The notes under the pieces were generated by a model. The model saw nothing but the letters and a program-made list of their open reading frames with translations, was not told the origin of the DNA and made no database searches. Shown here one piece after another: positions 38,010-50,269 of a DNA stretch of 64,000 nucleotides. Positions within the stretch are counted from its first letter, which is position 1. Each line of letters opens with the position of its first letter. Source of the DNA: an uncultured Candidatus Saccharibacteria bacterium (GTDB lineage: Bacteria > Patescibacteriota > Minisyncoccia > 2-02-FULL-40-12 > GWA2-44-9). A program made the position numbers and the translations under genes. The stretch is taken from assembly GCA_964356795.1 (NCBI GenBank), contig CAYHIK010000005.1, positions 10,767 through 74,766 on the forward strand, written 5' to 3'.

Positions 38010-39851
38010 TTACTTTATTTCAAGCTGATTCTCGAGGAGTCGCTGATATACAGAGCATCGGGCGGCGAGTTGCTCGTGCGTTCCGATATCAACCATGCGA
38101 CCCTCATCCATCACGAGGATGCGGTCAGCGCTGCGAATCGTGCTGAATCGATGGGCGATAATCAGTGTCGTTCGGTTTCGACTTACCTCTTCGAGTGCCT
38201 TTGAGATGAGCTGCTCGCTTTCGGAGTCGAGGCTATTGGTCGCCTCATCCAAGATGAGGATTGCCGGATTCTTGATGATCGCGCGTGCGATGCCTACGCG
38301 CTGACGCTGACCACCTGAGAGCTGAATGCCGCGCTCGCCAATGACGGTTTCGTAGCCGTGCTCAAGGCGGTGCATGAATTGGTCGATGCGACAGAGACGA
38401 CAAATACGATCAAGCTCATCATCGGTGATTTGGGACCGCGCATGATCATCGAGGCCGAAGATGATGTTGTAGCGAAGCGTGTTGTCGAAGAGTGTCACAT
38501 CTTGTTCTACAAGGCCGATGGCACCGCGCAGCTGTCCAATCGAGAGGCTTCGAATGTCGTAGCCGTCGATATCGATGTGGCCGCTGGTCACATCAGATGC
38601 TCGAAGTACGAGCTTGATGAGAGTTGATTTGCCTGCGCCTGATGGCCCCACAATGGCAACGCGTTCGCCGGGATGAATCGAAAACGAAACATCCGTTATC
38701 GATTCCTGCGTTTCGACGGGTCGCGATGGTGTTTCATCTTCTTCGTCCTCGTCACCGGCGTGTGGAGCGCCGCTTACGCGATCAGGGTACGCGAATGAGA
38801 CGTTTCGAAACTGTATCTTTCCTCGAATCGTTGGTGGCGCCACGGGCGTCGGAGCTTCGACGACATCGGGTTCGATTGCGAGCATGTCCCAGAATTTTTC
38901 GATACTGGACTGCATGGTGAGCACGCGACGCTGAATCGCGGTCAGGGACTCGATTCTGCCGATGGGGGAGAGCGACCACCAGATAAGGGTGACGAACTGC
39001 CCCATGGTGCATGCGTGTGTTGCGACTGCGTACCCAGCAGACACAACCACGGCGGCAGTAATGATGCCAATGACGACACCGTTTTTCAGCGCGGTTTGAA
39101 GCTGGTACACGAGCCAAATCTTCTTGGCGTATTCACCGAGGCTTGCGACGCTCGCATCGCATTCTGCGGCGATACGGCGCTCCTGCGCGTTGAACTGAAC
39201 AACGGGCAAGTTCCTGATGACCTCGTGTTGGAATCTGCTGTTTGCGTGCCATAGTTTTTCGTACCGCTTCAGCTTTGGCACGAATGGCGTGTTAATCATG
39301 ACCGTCGCAACGACATAGAGTGTGATTCCGCCGAGTACGACGAGTCCGATGCGCCAGTTGAGCCACAGAAGGCCGAGCACGAGGATGCTGCACTCCATGA
39401 TGATGGGCACGAGCTCGTAGACGGTGGTGTAGGCGAGCGTGTTGAGTGCATGCTGGCCCTTGTTGATAACGCTCTGCTTGAGTCCAGAGTTTTCTCCGAG
39501 GTGTTGTCCTGGGGAGAATGCGAGCAACCTCGCGAGCGTAGCGCCCTGGATATAGCGATCCATCTCATGATCAAGGTGCTTCACCTCAATCGCCTGACGA
39601 ATTGCCCAGAGGCCGTTTGATGCCATCGCGCTGAGCCAGACGATTCCCGCGATGAGGATAACCTCTTGCATCGTGTCGGGGAGTGACAGCTGACGCTGCT
39701 GAGCATCGATGAGCGTGTCGCTCGCCATACCGAAGAGCCAGGGGCGTGTCATCGAGATGATCTGTGTGACCATCATGATGAAGAACACCGCGAGCGCGGG
39801 GCGTCTGAACGTTTGATACGTCCGCACAATTCGTCCGAAGAACGCAATCAT
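38010..39851 (-). CDS. ABC transporter, fused permease/ATP-binding protein (exporter type) with an acidic insertion in the NBD.
   Basis: Six-TM domain plus NBD (GPSGAGKSTL Walker A, LSGGQRQRVGIARA signature, ILILDEATNSLD Walker B). A Glu/Asp-rich insert (HAGDEDEEDETPSRP) lies before the Walker A. Confidence 0.85.
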   Translation of the reverse strand: MIAFFGRIVRTYQTFRRPALAVFFIMMVTQIISMTRPWLFGMASDTLIDAQQRQLSLPDTMQEVILIAGIVWLSAMASNGLWAIRQAIEVKHLDHEMDRYIQGATLARLLAFSPGQHLGENSGLKQSVINKGQHALNTLAYTTVYELVPIIMECSILVLGLLWLNWRIGLVVLGGITLYVVATVMINTPFVPKLKRYEKLWHANSRFQHEVIRNLPVVQFNAQERRIAAECDASVASLGEYAKKIWLVYQLQTALKNGVVIGIITAAVVVSAGYAVATHACTMGQFVTLIWWSLSPIGRIESLTAIQRRVLTMQSSIEKFWDMLAIEPDVVEAPTPVAPPTIRGKIQFRNVSFAYPDRVSGAPHAGDEDEEDETPSRPVETQESITDVSFSIHPGERVAIVGPSGAGKSTLIKLVLRASDVTSGHIDIDGYDIRSLSIGQLRGAIGLVEQDVTLFDNTLRYNIIFGLDDHARSQITDDELDRICRLCRIDQFMHRLEHGYETVIGERGIQLSGGQRQRVGIARAIIKNPAILILDEATNSLDSESEQLISKALEEVSRNRTTLIIAHRFSTIRSADRILVMDEGRMVDIGTHEQLAARCSVYQRLLENQLEIK

Positions 39852-39952
39852 GGGGCGATACCTCCTAGTATTGGAAATGAACGTGGAACATATTATAGCA
39901 CGAAATATTGATAATGTAAAAGACTCGTGTCACGCTGGATTCTGGGTAAAAA

Positions 39953-41296
39953 GTGAGCTATGATGCCGTAACTATGGCGCACGAACAGGACATCATGGAT
40001 AAGGTTGTATCTCTCGCGAAGCGACGCGGTTTCGTGTATCCCGGCTCTGATATTTATGGGGGTCTCGCGAATAGCTGGGACTATGGTCCGCTTGGCGCAG
40101 AGCTTCGCAATAATATTAAGCGCGCATGGTGGCGACGACACGTGCAAAAGCGCGATGATGTCGTTGGTGTTGAAACAGCAATTGTCATGAATCCGCGTGT
40201 CTGGCAGGCGAGTGGGCACACGGGCGCTGGTTTTGCCGATCCACTCGTGGAATGCAAGAAGTGCCATGAACGATTTCGGGCCGACCAAATCGATGCAAGC
40301 GCGCCCTGTCCTAATTGCGAGGCAAAGGGTCAATTCACCGAGCCACGAGCGTTTAACATTCTCATGAAGACGTATCTTGGTGCGGTCGAGGGAGAAAAAT
40401 CGGAGGCGTATCTTCGCGGAGAGACTGCGCAGGGCATGTTTACCGATTTTAAGTTAATTGCCGATACGAATCGTGTGAGGGTTCCGTTTGGTGTCGCACA
40501 GATTGGAAAGGCGTTTAGAAATGAAATCACCCCGGGAAACTTTATTTTTCGCACGCGCGAGTTTGAACAGATGGAGATTGAGTATTTCATAAAGCCCCCA
40601 GCGGATGAAGCGCAGTGGCAGGAGGTGTTCGAGTCGTGGCGCGTAAATATGTACGCATGGATGGAAGAGGTCGGTATCGATACGTCTCTTGTGAGTGAGT
40701 ACGAGGTTCCCGAATCGGATCGGGCGCACTATTCGAAGCGCACGATAGATTTCATGTTTGCATTTCCTTTTGGCGTGAAAGAGCTCTATGGGCTTGCCTA
40801 TCGCACCGACTTCGACCTCAAGAATCACATGGAGCACAGCGGTCAGGATATGACCTACCTTGATCCCGAAACGAACGAGCGATACATTCCGCACTGTATC
40901 GAGCCGACCTGGGGCGTAGATCGTACGTTGCTCGCGATGTTGTTGTCTGCATATACGGAAGAGGGGGAGGGCGATGAGCGTCGAGTGGTGCTCAAGCTAA
41001 AGCCAGCTCTCGCGCCGTATCGTGCGGCCGTATTTCCACTCCTGAAGAATAAGCCCGAGCTCGTCGCAAAGGCGCGAACGATTCTTGGGGAGCTTCGTGA
41101 AGATTTTATGATTGCGTGGGATGAGCGTGGCAATATTGGAAAGCGATATCTTGCACAGGATGAAATCGGCACCCCCGCCTGCATTACGGTTGACTTCCAA
41201 ACCCTCGAAGACGATACGGTCACTATCCGTGATCGCGATACCAAGGAGCAGCGTCGCGTCGCAATTGGAGAGCTCGCATCGATTCTCCGTGGGTAA
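39953..41296 (+). CDS. glyQS: Glycyl-tRNA synthetase (alpha2 dimeric class II type).
   Basis: N-terminal VSLAKRRGFVYPGSDIYGGLANSWDYGPLG and class II motifs (FRNEITPG..., GxGxGxER). Confidence 0.9.
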   Translation: MSYDAVTMAHEQDIMDKVVSLAKRRGFVYPGSDIYGGLANSWDYGPLGAELRNNIKRAWWRRHVQKRDDVVGVETAIVMNPRVWQASGHTGAGFADPLVECKKCHERFRADQIDASAPCPNCEAKGQFTEPRAFNILMKTYLGAVEGEKSEAYLRGETAQGMFTDFKLIADTNRVRVPFGVAQIGKAFRNEITPGNFIFRTREFEQMEIEYFIKPPADEAQWQEVFESWRVNMYAWMEEVGIDTSLVSEYEVPESDRAHYSKRTIDFMFAFPFGVKELYGLAYRTDFDLKNHMEHSGQDMTYLDPETNERYIPHCIEPTWGVDRTLLAMLLSAYTEEGEGDERRVVLKLKPALAPYRAAVFPLLKNKPELVAKARTILGELREDFMIAWDERGNIGKRYLAQDEIGTPACITVDFQTLEDDTVTIRDRDTKEQRRVAIGELASILRG

Positions 41297-41366
41297 GCGC
41301 GTGTTCGTTTGACACGCTATCTCGATAAGTATAAAAATGCTTGTCCTTTAACATACTCAAGGAGGC

Positions 41367-42287
41367 GTGATGACTCTGAACGCGTTATCGCGACGGGGTA
41401 TGCTTTTCTCGTTGCCGGGCATTGCCCTTATGTGCGGGTCGTGCGATGGAGCGCCAACCCCTTCGATTACGGGCTCTGATTCGGTGCCTGATGCCGGTCC
41501 ACGAATTCTTTCGGGGTTAACCGGGCTACCCATCCTTCACGCGGATATCGTGCATGACGGTCAGTGGATGACGATTGGGGCTTCTGGCTACTTTTCGCTT
41601 CGCACGCAACGTGGCATGGGCGATGTGTATCTGTGGCCTGCAGACGATGGCTTCATTTCTTCTGCATACACGAGATTCTTCGTGTATCGAGGACTCGATC
41701 CGGGCACGCTGTATCGATTGCCATCGCGGGTGTGGCATGTTTCGGTTGTGCTCGATGATCACATCGCGGAGACTCCATGGGCGGTCCAGCGCGTCGAAGG
41801 CGCAACTCAATCGCTGACGCAGCTCCATGGCGTCCTATCGTTCGATATCAGTGGTCTTGGAGATGTTGTGATTCCCATCGTCCTCGACCCTCTTGATAGA
41901 GGATTTGAATTGCTTCCGCATGCCGCGATGCTTGCGTATACGATGACCAACGATCAGGGTGTTATTTTCGGGGGTCGAATCGTTGTGCGCTCGCTTGCTG
42001 TTGAATCGTTTTGGTATGGCGAGGAGAATTTCAAGACTGCAATTCTTCACGAACTCATACACATCACAGGGCTCGATCACCTTCAGTCGGGTGACCTCGG
42101 GATCATGTCTGGAAATTCTGAATCATATCGCTTCCCCGTGCCGACGGAGCGTGAGATTTTGGTGATGCGCATGCAGTATCGAAGGTCTGCGGGTACGGTG
42201 CTGAGTGGAATGATCGAGGCCGAGCGTGAGGTGGCCGCTACGTCTAGCCCTTCGAATGCAACGTGGCGTCTGGTGTGCGCTCGGTAG
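41367..42287 (+). CDS. Putative metzincin-like zinc metalloprotease lipoprotein.
   Basis: HELIHITGLDH (HExxHxxGxxH) zinc-binding motif; N-terminal signal peptide with a Cys-containing lipobox-like segment (IALMCGSC). Confidence 0.55.
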   Translation: MMTLNALSRRGMLFSLPGIALMCGSCDGAPTPSITGSDSVPDAGPRILSGLTGLPILHADIVHDGQWMTIGASGYFSLRTQRGMGDVYLWPADDGFISSAYTRFFVYRGLDPGTLYRLPSRVWHVSVVLDDHIAETPWAVQRVEGATQSLTQLHGVLSFDISGLGDVVIPIVLDPLDRGFELLPHAAMLAYTMTNDQGVIFGGRIVVRSLAVESFWYGEENFKTAILHELIHITGLDHLQSGDLGIMSGNSESYRFPVPTEREILVMRMQYRRSAGTVLSGMIEAEREVAATSSPSNATWRLVCAR

Positions 42288-42339
42288 TGGGTCGCGAGTA
42301 AGCCTCGCGACCTTTTTTATTTCGTGCTAGGATGCGCGC

Positions 42340-42822
42340 ATGAGGAACCCAAAGGTAGTACTTTGTAAAGCTGAGAACTATCTCGCGATGGTGCGCAATG
42401 CTGCCCGCGGAGAGAACCACATGTTTCAGAATCTCTTCGCAAACGTTGATGGCGTGCGCACGGATATCGTTGATGGCGGAGCTCTCGCGTGCTCATTCTT
42501 CCTTTCGGCCGTGCTCTACCTCAACAAGCTCATCGATGACATGCACTCCAACATGGCTGGTCTGGAGCGTGACCTCGAGCGGAATGGTTGGGTGCAAGTG
42601 GAGGAGCCCAAAGATGGAGCGGTCTTGATTTGGGAGCCGCGCCAATCTGCTAGGGAGCGCGCATTCGATCCTACCCAGCTTCACGCGGGTATCTACGTTG
42701 GCGATAATCGAGCCGTTTCCAATGGCTCAAATACGACACTGATGCCGGAAGAGCATCACTGGGCGTATGATGGCGCTCGCAAGGTGCTTCGCATCTGGTG
42801 GCACCCGGCGTTGGGGGAGTAA
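42340..42822 (+). CDS. Hypothetical protein, possibly an NlpC/P60- or papain-fold hydrolase.
   Basis: Cys in DGGALACSFF followed later by HAGIYVGDN, reminiscent of the Cys...His arrangement of NlpC/P60. Weak. Confidence 0.4.
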   Translation: MRNPKVVLCKAENYLAMVRNAARGENHMFQNLFANVDGVRTDIVDGGALACSFFLSAVLYLNKLIDDMHSNMAGLERDLERNGWVQVEEPKDGAVLIWEPRQSARERAFDPTQLHAGIYVGDNRAVSNGSNTTLMPEEHHWAYDGARKVLRIWWHPALGE

Positions 42823-42959
42823 GGACGGCTCATTCGTGAGCCGTTTTCTTTTTGATGGTGCGAATATCGGGGGTTGCAATGAAGTGGGTTCTGGGTTATT
42901 ATTCTTTTGCATTTTTGCCCGGTGACAGCGGGAAACTCTGTCAAAGTCCCGGGGATGAT

Positions 42960-43033
42960 GCGGGCGTAGCTCAGCTGGTTAGAGCGCTTCCCTGTCACGG
43001 AAGAGGTCACCGGTTCGAATCCGGCCGCCCGCG
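42960..43033 (+). tRNA. tRNA-Asp (anticodon GUC).
   Basis: Acceptor GCGGGCG/CGCCCGC, D-arm GCTC-AGCTGGTTA-GAGC, anticodon stem CTTCC/GGAAG with loop CTGTCAC, T-loop TTCGAAT, discriminator G. Confidence 0.85.
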
Positions 43034-43043
43034 CAATTAAGAA

Positions 43044-43067
43044 AAGAGCTCGAAAGGGCTCTTTTCT
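43044..43067 (+). terminator. Rho-independent terminator after tRNA-Asp.
   Basis: AAGAGC-tcgaaagg-GCTCTT stem followed by TTCT. Confidence 0.5.
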
Positions 43068-43081
43068 GGTATACTACCCTC

Positions 43082-43441
43082 ATGAGGATACGTCCCATAT
43101 TTGTTACATTGCTTACATCGGCGCTTTCTATTGCTGCCCTCGCCGCGGTGGTAAGCACAACTGAGCCAGAAAACGCGCAAGCATCAATCCGCGCGCTTTT
43201 ATGGGCTGCACTAGTCTTGTCGGTGTGGGGTGTCGCGACGACCCTGCTCTTGGGTGTTCGTTTTTCACTGGCGCAAGCATCTGGCGGGGGTCTCGCTATC
43301 ATGCTTGGTGCGGTAAGCGCATTGTTGTCTGCTCAGTATGGATTTACCGATAGACGATTGATGATTGGCATTATTTTGGCTACACTTGGCCTATTGATTT
43401 ATTTCTGGTGGCGTTTTATGCCACTGAAGCCGCATGACTGA
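43082..43441 (+). CDS. Hypothetical membrane protein.
   Basis: Three to four hydrophobic helices; overlaps the pheS start. Confidence 0.45.
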   Translation: MRIRPIFVTLLTSALSIAALAAVVSTTEPENAQASIRALLWAALVLSVWGVATTLLLGVRFSLAQASGGGLAIMLGAVSALLSAQYGFTDRRLMIGIILATLGLLIYFWWRFMPLKPHD

Positions 43442-44441
43442 CCATATTCAACGAATTCGAGATTTAGCACAGAAAGACTTAGAAAATCTTCAGTCATTGG
43501 CTGATTTGGAGTTGGCTCGCGTGCGTTCGCTGGGGAGGAATTCCGAGCTCTCTCAATTTTTGCGCTCGCTGAAGGAAAAGACAGAAGATGAACGTCGTGA
43601 GCTTGGGCGTATAGCCAATGAGTTGCGCGTAGAGCTCGAGGCGCAATTCGCCAAAGCGAAGGATCGTCTTGATGATATGGCGTATGCCGCACTCGGAGCT
43701 CTCGATGTGACCGCTCCCGCACAAAAAATTCGCCGTGGTCACGTGCACCCGCTCACGCTTGTGCAGGAAGATATCAACACGATTTTTTCTTCTATGGGAT
43801 TTCGTATTCTTGAGGGGCCAGAAGTTGAGACGGAGTGGGCCAATTTTGACGCGCTGAACACGCCACCCGATCACCCTGCGCGCGGCATGCAAGACACGTT
43901 CTGGCTGAAGGGTATGCAGCATCTCATGCGCACTCATACAAGTCCGATGCAGGTTCGGTTTATGCAGGCGCATCAGCCTCCATTCCGGATTATTGTTCCG
44001 GGTAGGGTCTATCGAAACGAGGCAACTGATGCAACGCATGAATTTCAATTTCATCAAATCGAGGGGCTCATGGTCACGCGAGTCGGCGAGCATGCGCCAT
44101 CGATTGCGAGCCTGAAGGGTGTTATGGAGCATTTTTATCAGCGCTTCTTCCGAGACCGGAATATCAAGGTTCGATTCAATGCGAGCTTCTTTCCGTTCGT
44201 TGAGCCTGGCGTGGAGGTGTTTATCCAGGGAAGTTCAGGCAAGCTTGCAGGTCGTTGGCTAGAGGTTGCTGGAGCTGGCATGGTGCACCAGAACGTATTT
44301 GAGAATGTTGGATATGTGCGCGGCGAGATGCAGGGGTTTGCATTTGGTATGGCGCTCGAGCGCATGGCGATGCTCAAGTATAAAATTGATGATATTCGCT
44401 TATTTAACGGGGGGGATGTGCGATTCCTCCAACAATTCTGA
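43434..44441 (+). CDS. pheS: Phenylalanyl-tRNA synthetase alpha subunit.
   Basis: Class II motifs including FQFHQIEG..., FPFVEPG..., GAGMVHQNV. Confidence 0.9.
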   Translation: MTDHIQRIRDLAQKDLENLQSLADLELARVRSLGRNSELSQFLRSLKEKTEDERRELGRIANELRVELEAQFAKAKDRLDDMAYAALGALDVTAPAQKIRRGHVHPLTLVQEDINTIFSSMGFRILEGPEVETEWANFDALNTPPDHPARGMQDTFWLKGMQHLMRTHTSPMQVRFMQAHQPPFRIIVPGRVYRNEATDATHEFQFHQIEGLMVTRVGEHAPSIASLKGVMEHFYQRFFRDRNIKVRFNASFFPFVEPGVEVFIQGSSGKLAGRWLEVAGAGMVHQNVFENVGYVRGEMQGFAFGMALERMAMLKYKIDDIRLFNGGDVRFLQQF

Positions 44442-45004
44442 TGAATCTCGACGCGGAACCGGTACAGGGAATGCAAGAGCTGCCGCCCAAGATATTCTTG
44501 GAAGTTGGGACTAGGTACTCGCCAGTTTTAGTGGTGGGCAATAAGAGATTGGGAGCGGACCAGCGATATGTCGGTATCGATATCAATTTGGATGATCTAA
44601 AGACAGCGCCTTCCGCTGCAGACATTGTTCAGCCCGAAGCAGCGGACCGCATGTTGTTTATCAATGCAGCCGGTCGGCGGCTTCCGTTATTGGGTGCATC
44701 TGTCCACGAGGCGCTTCTCAATAATGTATTGGGCGATCCGAAATCCTTTGACCGGGAGCTCATTATCCGTGAACTGTACCGCGTGCTCGCGAGTGGTGGA
44801 ACACTGACTGTCGCTGAGATGTACTCACCGCAGTATGCCGAAGAAAGCTCTGTCACCGCGATGTGTCAGGATGCGGGGTTTGCATTGCGTCGTCTCATTG
44901 TGCCCCGTGATGAAAACTGGAAGCAGGAGTCGTTGTTGTACGGGTATATTGGATCCGAAAGACCCGATACTGACGCATACATCGCTGAGTTTCTAAAGCC
45001 CTAA
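44441..45004 (+). CDS. Class I SAM-dependent methyltransferase-fold protein with a degenerate motif I, inserted between pheS and pheT.
   Basis: FLEVGTRYSPV (motif I-like, GxGxG degenerate), acidic residue after beta2 (YVGIDIN), LASGGTLTV (motif III-like). Start overlaps the pheS stop (ATGA). Confidence 0.45.
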   Translation: MNLDAEPVQGMQELPPKIFLEVGTRYSPVLVVGNKRLGADQRYVGIDINLDDLKTAPSAADIVQPEAADRMLFINAAGRRLPLLGASVHEALLNNVLGDPKSFDRELIIRELYRVLASGGTLTVAEMYSPQYAEESSVTAMCQDAGFALRRLIVPRDENWKQESLLYGYIGSERPDTDAYIAEFLKP

Positions 45005-45005
45005 T

Positions 45006-47084
45006 ATGAAATTTTCCTACGAATGGATACGAGAGCTGTCAGGCACAACCCTCACTCGAGATGAGGCTGCTTCGCTGTTGACTGCAAAAGCATTTGAGTC
45101 GGTACCAAGCGAAGTTTCCGAGGTGCTCGATATTGATATTCTTCCCAATCGCCCCGATGCGCTCTCGCATCTCGGTGTTGCGCGCGAGCTCGCCGCGCTT
45201 TCTGGCTCTCATGCAAGGCCGCAATCATTTGAGTGGCGTGTGAGCGAGCAGCCATCACGCGAGGTGGCAATCGAAGACGCTACCGCGTGTCCGCGATATA
45301 GTGCGCTCGTTGTACGGAATCTCACCGTTGGACCGTCGCCCGAATGGATGATTGAGCGGTTGCGTCAATGCGGTCTTCAGAGTATTAATAACGTCGTCGA
45401 TGTGACGAATTATGTGATGCTGGAGCTGGGTCAACCTATGCACGCATTCGATTTGGCTCGCGTTCAGCGCATCGAGGTGCGCCATGCGCGCGTGGGCGAA
45501 GAGCTCGTCGCTATCGATGAGGCGCGGACAACATATCAACTCGATGAATCAATGCTCGTCATCGCCGACGGCGATACGGCGGTTGCAATTGCAGGAATCA
45601 AGGGCGGCGCCGGTACCGGTATTAGCAACGATACGACGGAGGTGCTCCTTGAGGCTGCGAATTTCTCACCAGAATCAATACGGGCCACGAGTAGGAAGCT
45701 CGGGCTTCGCACGGATGCCTCGATACGGTTTAGCTATGGCGTAGACCCTAATCTTACGGCGCCCGTGCTGATGCGTGCCGCAGAGCTGTTGGCAAAAGTC
45801 GCAGGCGGTCACGCTGCAGATGGAATTATTGATGTCTATCCAGCGCCAACTCGCGAGCGCGAGGTTATGCTCTCGGCATCGTCTGTGAATAGTCTGCTGG
45901 GCGTTACGCTCAGCGAGGCGCAGATTCGAGGAATACTCGAATCTCTTGGATTTGAAGTTCATCATGATGGCGAGCGCATGCGGGTTGTGGTGCCAACGCG
46001 TCGAAGCGATGTTGTTTCCTCAGAGGATTTAATTGAAGAGGTTGGAAGGGTGTATGGATTCGATGTAATTCCCTCAGTGGCTCCTGTGACCCCGGTATAC
46101 GATGAGCATTCATGGGTTCAGGAAGATGAGTCGGTCGCATGGGATGAGTACTCATTCATGCGTGAGCGTGGGGTGATAGGCCGAGTGCTCGCCGGAGTTG
46201 GATATTCCGAGGTTTACAATTATGTATTTCTTTCCGACGAGCTCACGAGTGTGCTACGCCTGGAGGGCGCCCACGAGCTCGCCGCGCCACAGTCTCAGGA
46301 ATATCGTTGGCTGCGAACGTCACTCGTTCCGCGTCTTCTTGTGAATGCGCGTGATAATTTACGATTCTTCGATGAAGCTCATTTGTTTGAGACGGGGCAC
46401 GTGTTTGATCGTGTTGGTCAGGGGAAGGAATCGGCACGCGTGGGATTGATTATTACTCGGAAGAAGGGTGAAGATATTTTTTATGAATTAAAGGGTGCTA
46501 TTGATGTGTTGTGTGAAAAGCTCGGCATCCGCGATTACTACTTCGACGATGCGCCACCATTCACATGGGATGCGGGCGCGGTTAATGCTACCGCTCCTGG
46601 GCGACAGGCGATTATTCGCCTCGATTCTGGCGCAGTCATAGGATTCATCGGGGTTGTTCACGGACGCGTATCCGACGCACTCAAATTGAAGGGTGTCGCT
46701 GCGGTCGCGGAGCTCGATCTTCGGGCGCTCATCGTCCATGCCCAGCGTGAGCGCGAGTTTGCTCCGATTCCGAAGTATCCGTCTGTTATTCGGGATATTG
46801 CAGTTATGGTTTCTGATGCGACGAAAATCGATGCAATCCTCCAGGTCATCCAAGGCGCTGACGATTCGGGTATCATAGAAGACGTCGATGTGTTCGATGT
46901 CTTCGTGCCGACAGGCAAAGAGAAGCTCAAGGCAGAGGGGGATACTCCTGAGTACGGCAAGAGCGTTGCATTTCATGTGATATTCCGCTCAGGTGACCAT
47001 ACTCTAACTGACGACGAGGTCACCCAAGTTGAGTCGCATATTAAGGAGGCACTGCAAGAAAAAATAAGTGCTCAGATTCGCTAG
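45006..47084 (+). CDS. pheT: Phenylalanyl-tRNA synthetase beta subunit (compact form).
   Basis: B3/B4 and B5 domains, catalytic-like and C-terminal anticodon-binding (FDVF) regions in pheT order. Confidence 0.9.
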   Translation: MKFSYEWIRELSGTTLTRDEAASLLTAKAFESVPSEVSEVLDIDILPNRPDALSHLGVARELAALSGSHARPQSFEWRVSEQPSREVAIEDATACPRYSALVVRNLTVGPSPEWMIERLRQCGLQSINNVVDVTNYVMLELGQPMHAFDLARVQRIEVRHARVGEELVAIDEARTTYQLDESMLVIADGDTAVAIAGIKGGAGTGISNDTTEVLLEAANFSPESIRATSRKLGLRTDASIRFSYGVDPNLTAPVLMRAAELLAKVAGGHAADGIIDVYPAPTREREVMLSASSVNSLLGVTLSEAQIRGILESLGFEVHHDGERMRVVVPTRRSDVVSSEDLIEEVGRVYGFDVIPSVAPVTPVYDEHSWVQEDESVAWDEYSFMRERGVIGRVLAGVGYSEVYNYVFLSDELTSVLRLEGAHELAAPQSQEYRWLRTSLVPRLLVNARDNLRFFDEAHLFETGHVFDRVGQGKESARVGLIITRKKGEDIFYELKGAIDVLCEKLGIRDYYFDDAPPFTWDAGAVNATAPGRQAIIRLDSGAVIGFIGVVHGRVSDALKLKGVAAVAELDLRALIVHAQREREFAPIPKYPSVIRDIAVMVSDATKIDAILQVIQGADDSGIIEDVDVFDVFVPTGKEKLKAEGDTPEYGKSVAFHVIFRSGDHTLTDDEVTQVESHIKEALQEKISAQIR

Positions 47085-47154
47085 TATAAGCCCTCGGAAA
47101 TGCTCATATTTGCTTCATTTTTATGCACGAGCTGTGTATTGCGTTTCTCGTTAG

Positions 47155-49320
<2,166 letters not shown>

Positions 49321-49370
49321 TGTTCAGGGCCTGTTTATTGACATAATCGTTAGCTTCTGGTAGTGTGATT

Positions 49371-49391
49371 CGGTCGCCTGCGGGCGTTTTT
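49371..49391 (+). terminator. Rho-independent terminator / possible attenuator between gyrB and secE.
   Basis: CGCC-tgcg-GGCG stem followed by TTTTT, preceded by a -35/-10-like TTGACA-N17-TAGTGT at 49337-49365. Confidence 0.45.
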
Positions 49392-49392
49392 G

Positions 49393-49461
49393 ATTCCAAT
49401 TTGCATAGGCAAAATTGGAATCAGGCAGAATCGTAGCCCGAAGGGCTTGGACGATTCTGAG
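49393..49461 (+). promoter_or_regulatory. Two tandem strong hairpins / palindromes in the secE-nusG leader.
   Basis: Perfect 14-bp inverted repeat GATTCCAATTTTGC-atag-GCAAAATTGGAATC (49393-49424), then a nested hairpin CAGAATCGT[AGCCC-gaa-GGGCT]tggACGATTCTG (49428-49461). Confidence 0.3.
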
Positions 49462-49483
49462 TTACCATAGTATTCTACATCTG

Positions 49484-49666
49484 ATGGATCGCATCGTTAC
49501 ATTCTTAAAAGAAGTCCGCGTTGAGCTCACCAAGGTGAGCTGGCCTTCACGTTCTCAGCTCTTCATGTATTCAGGCGTTGTGATTGGTATCTCCCTCTTT
49601 TTTGCACTCTATCTTGGTGGACTCGATATGTTGTTTGCCTGGATTTTGGGATTGCTGGTTGTCTAA
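49484..49666 (+). CDS. secE: Preprotein translocase subunit SecE.
   Basis: 60-aa protein with a single C-terminal TM helix, immediately upstream of nusG; track ORF trimmed to ATG 49484. Confidence 0.75.
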   Translation: MDRIVTFLKEVRVELTKVSWPSRSQLFMYSGVVIGISLFFALYLGGLDMLFAWILGLLVV

Positions 49667-49678
49667 TAATTAATCGAT

Positions 49679-50224
49679 ATGCCTAAGCAAGTAAGCACGG
49701 GACAGCGAGAGTGGTATGCAATTCACACCTATTCAGGATATGAGGATAGTGTGTCGCGCAACCTTCAGCAGCGTATTGAATCTCTTGGTTTTGAAGACAA
49801 GATTTTCAGCGTACTCGTTCCCAAGGAGAAAAAGATTCGCGTAAAAGGTGGAAAGCGCGAAGTCGTCGAAGAGAAGATTTATCCCGGATACGTACTCGTT
49901 GAGATGATCGTCTCAGATGATAGCTGGTACGTTGTTCGTAATACACCGAGCGTGACCGGATTCATTGGGGCTGGCACCACGCCTACGCCGTTGGCGCGTG
50001 CCGAAATTGATGGCCTTCTTGCTCGTATGGGTGTAGACGAGCCGAAGTACAAGGTGGATGTGCAGGTGGGCGAGCGGGTCAAGATTTCCGACGGTCCGTT
50101 CAAGGATTTCGATGGCAAGGTTTCCGAGGTTGACATGGAGAAGGGCCGCATCAAGGTGCTCGTGACCATCTTTGGTCGTGAGACGCCGGTGGAGTTGGAC
50201 TTCCTTCAGATGAAAAAATTATAA
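49679..50224 (+). CDS. nusG: Transcription termination/antitermination factor NusG.
   Basis: NGN domain (WYAIHTYSGYE...) and a C-terminal KOW motif. Confidence 0.9.
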   Translation: MPKQVSTGQREWYAIHTYSGYEDSVSRNLQQRIESLGFEDKIFSVLVPKEKKIRVKGGKREVVEEKIYPGYVLVEMIVSDDSWYVVRNTPSVTGFIGAGTTPTPLARAEIDGLLARMGVDEPKYKVDVQVGERVKISDGPFKDFDGKVSEVDMEKGRIKVLVTIFGRETPVELDFLQMKKL

Positions 50225-50269
50225 TTTGACCGCTATCGGAGCGCTTCTCCCGATGGCGATTCACATGAC

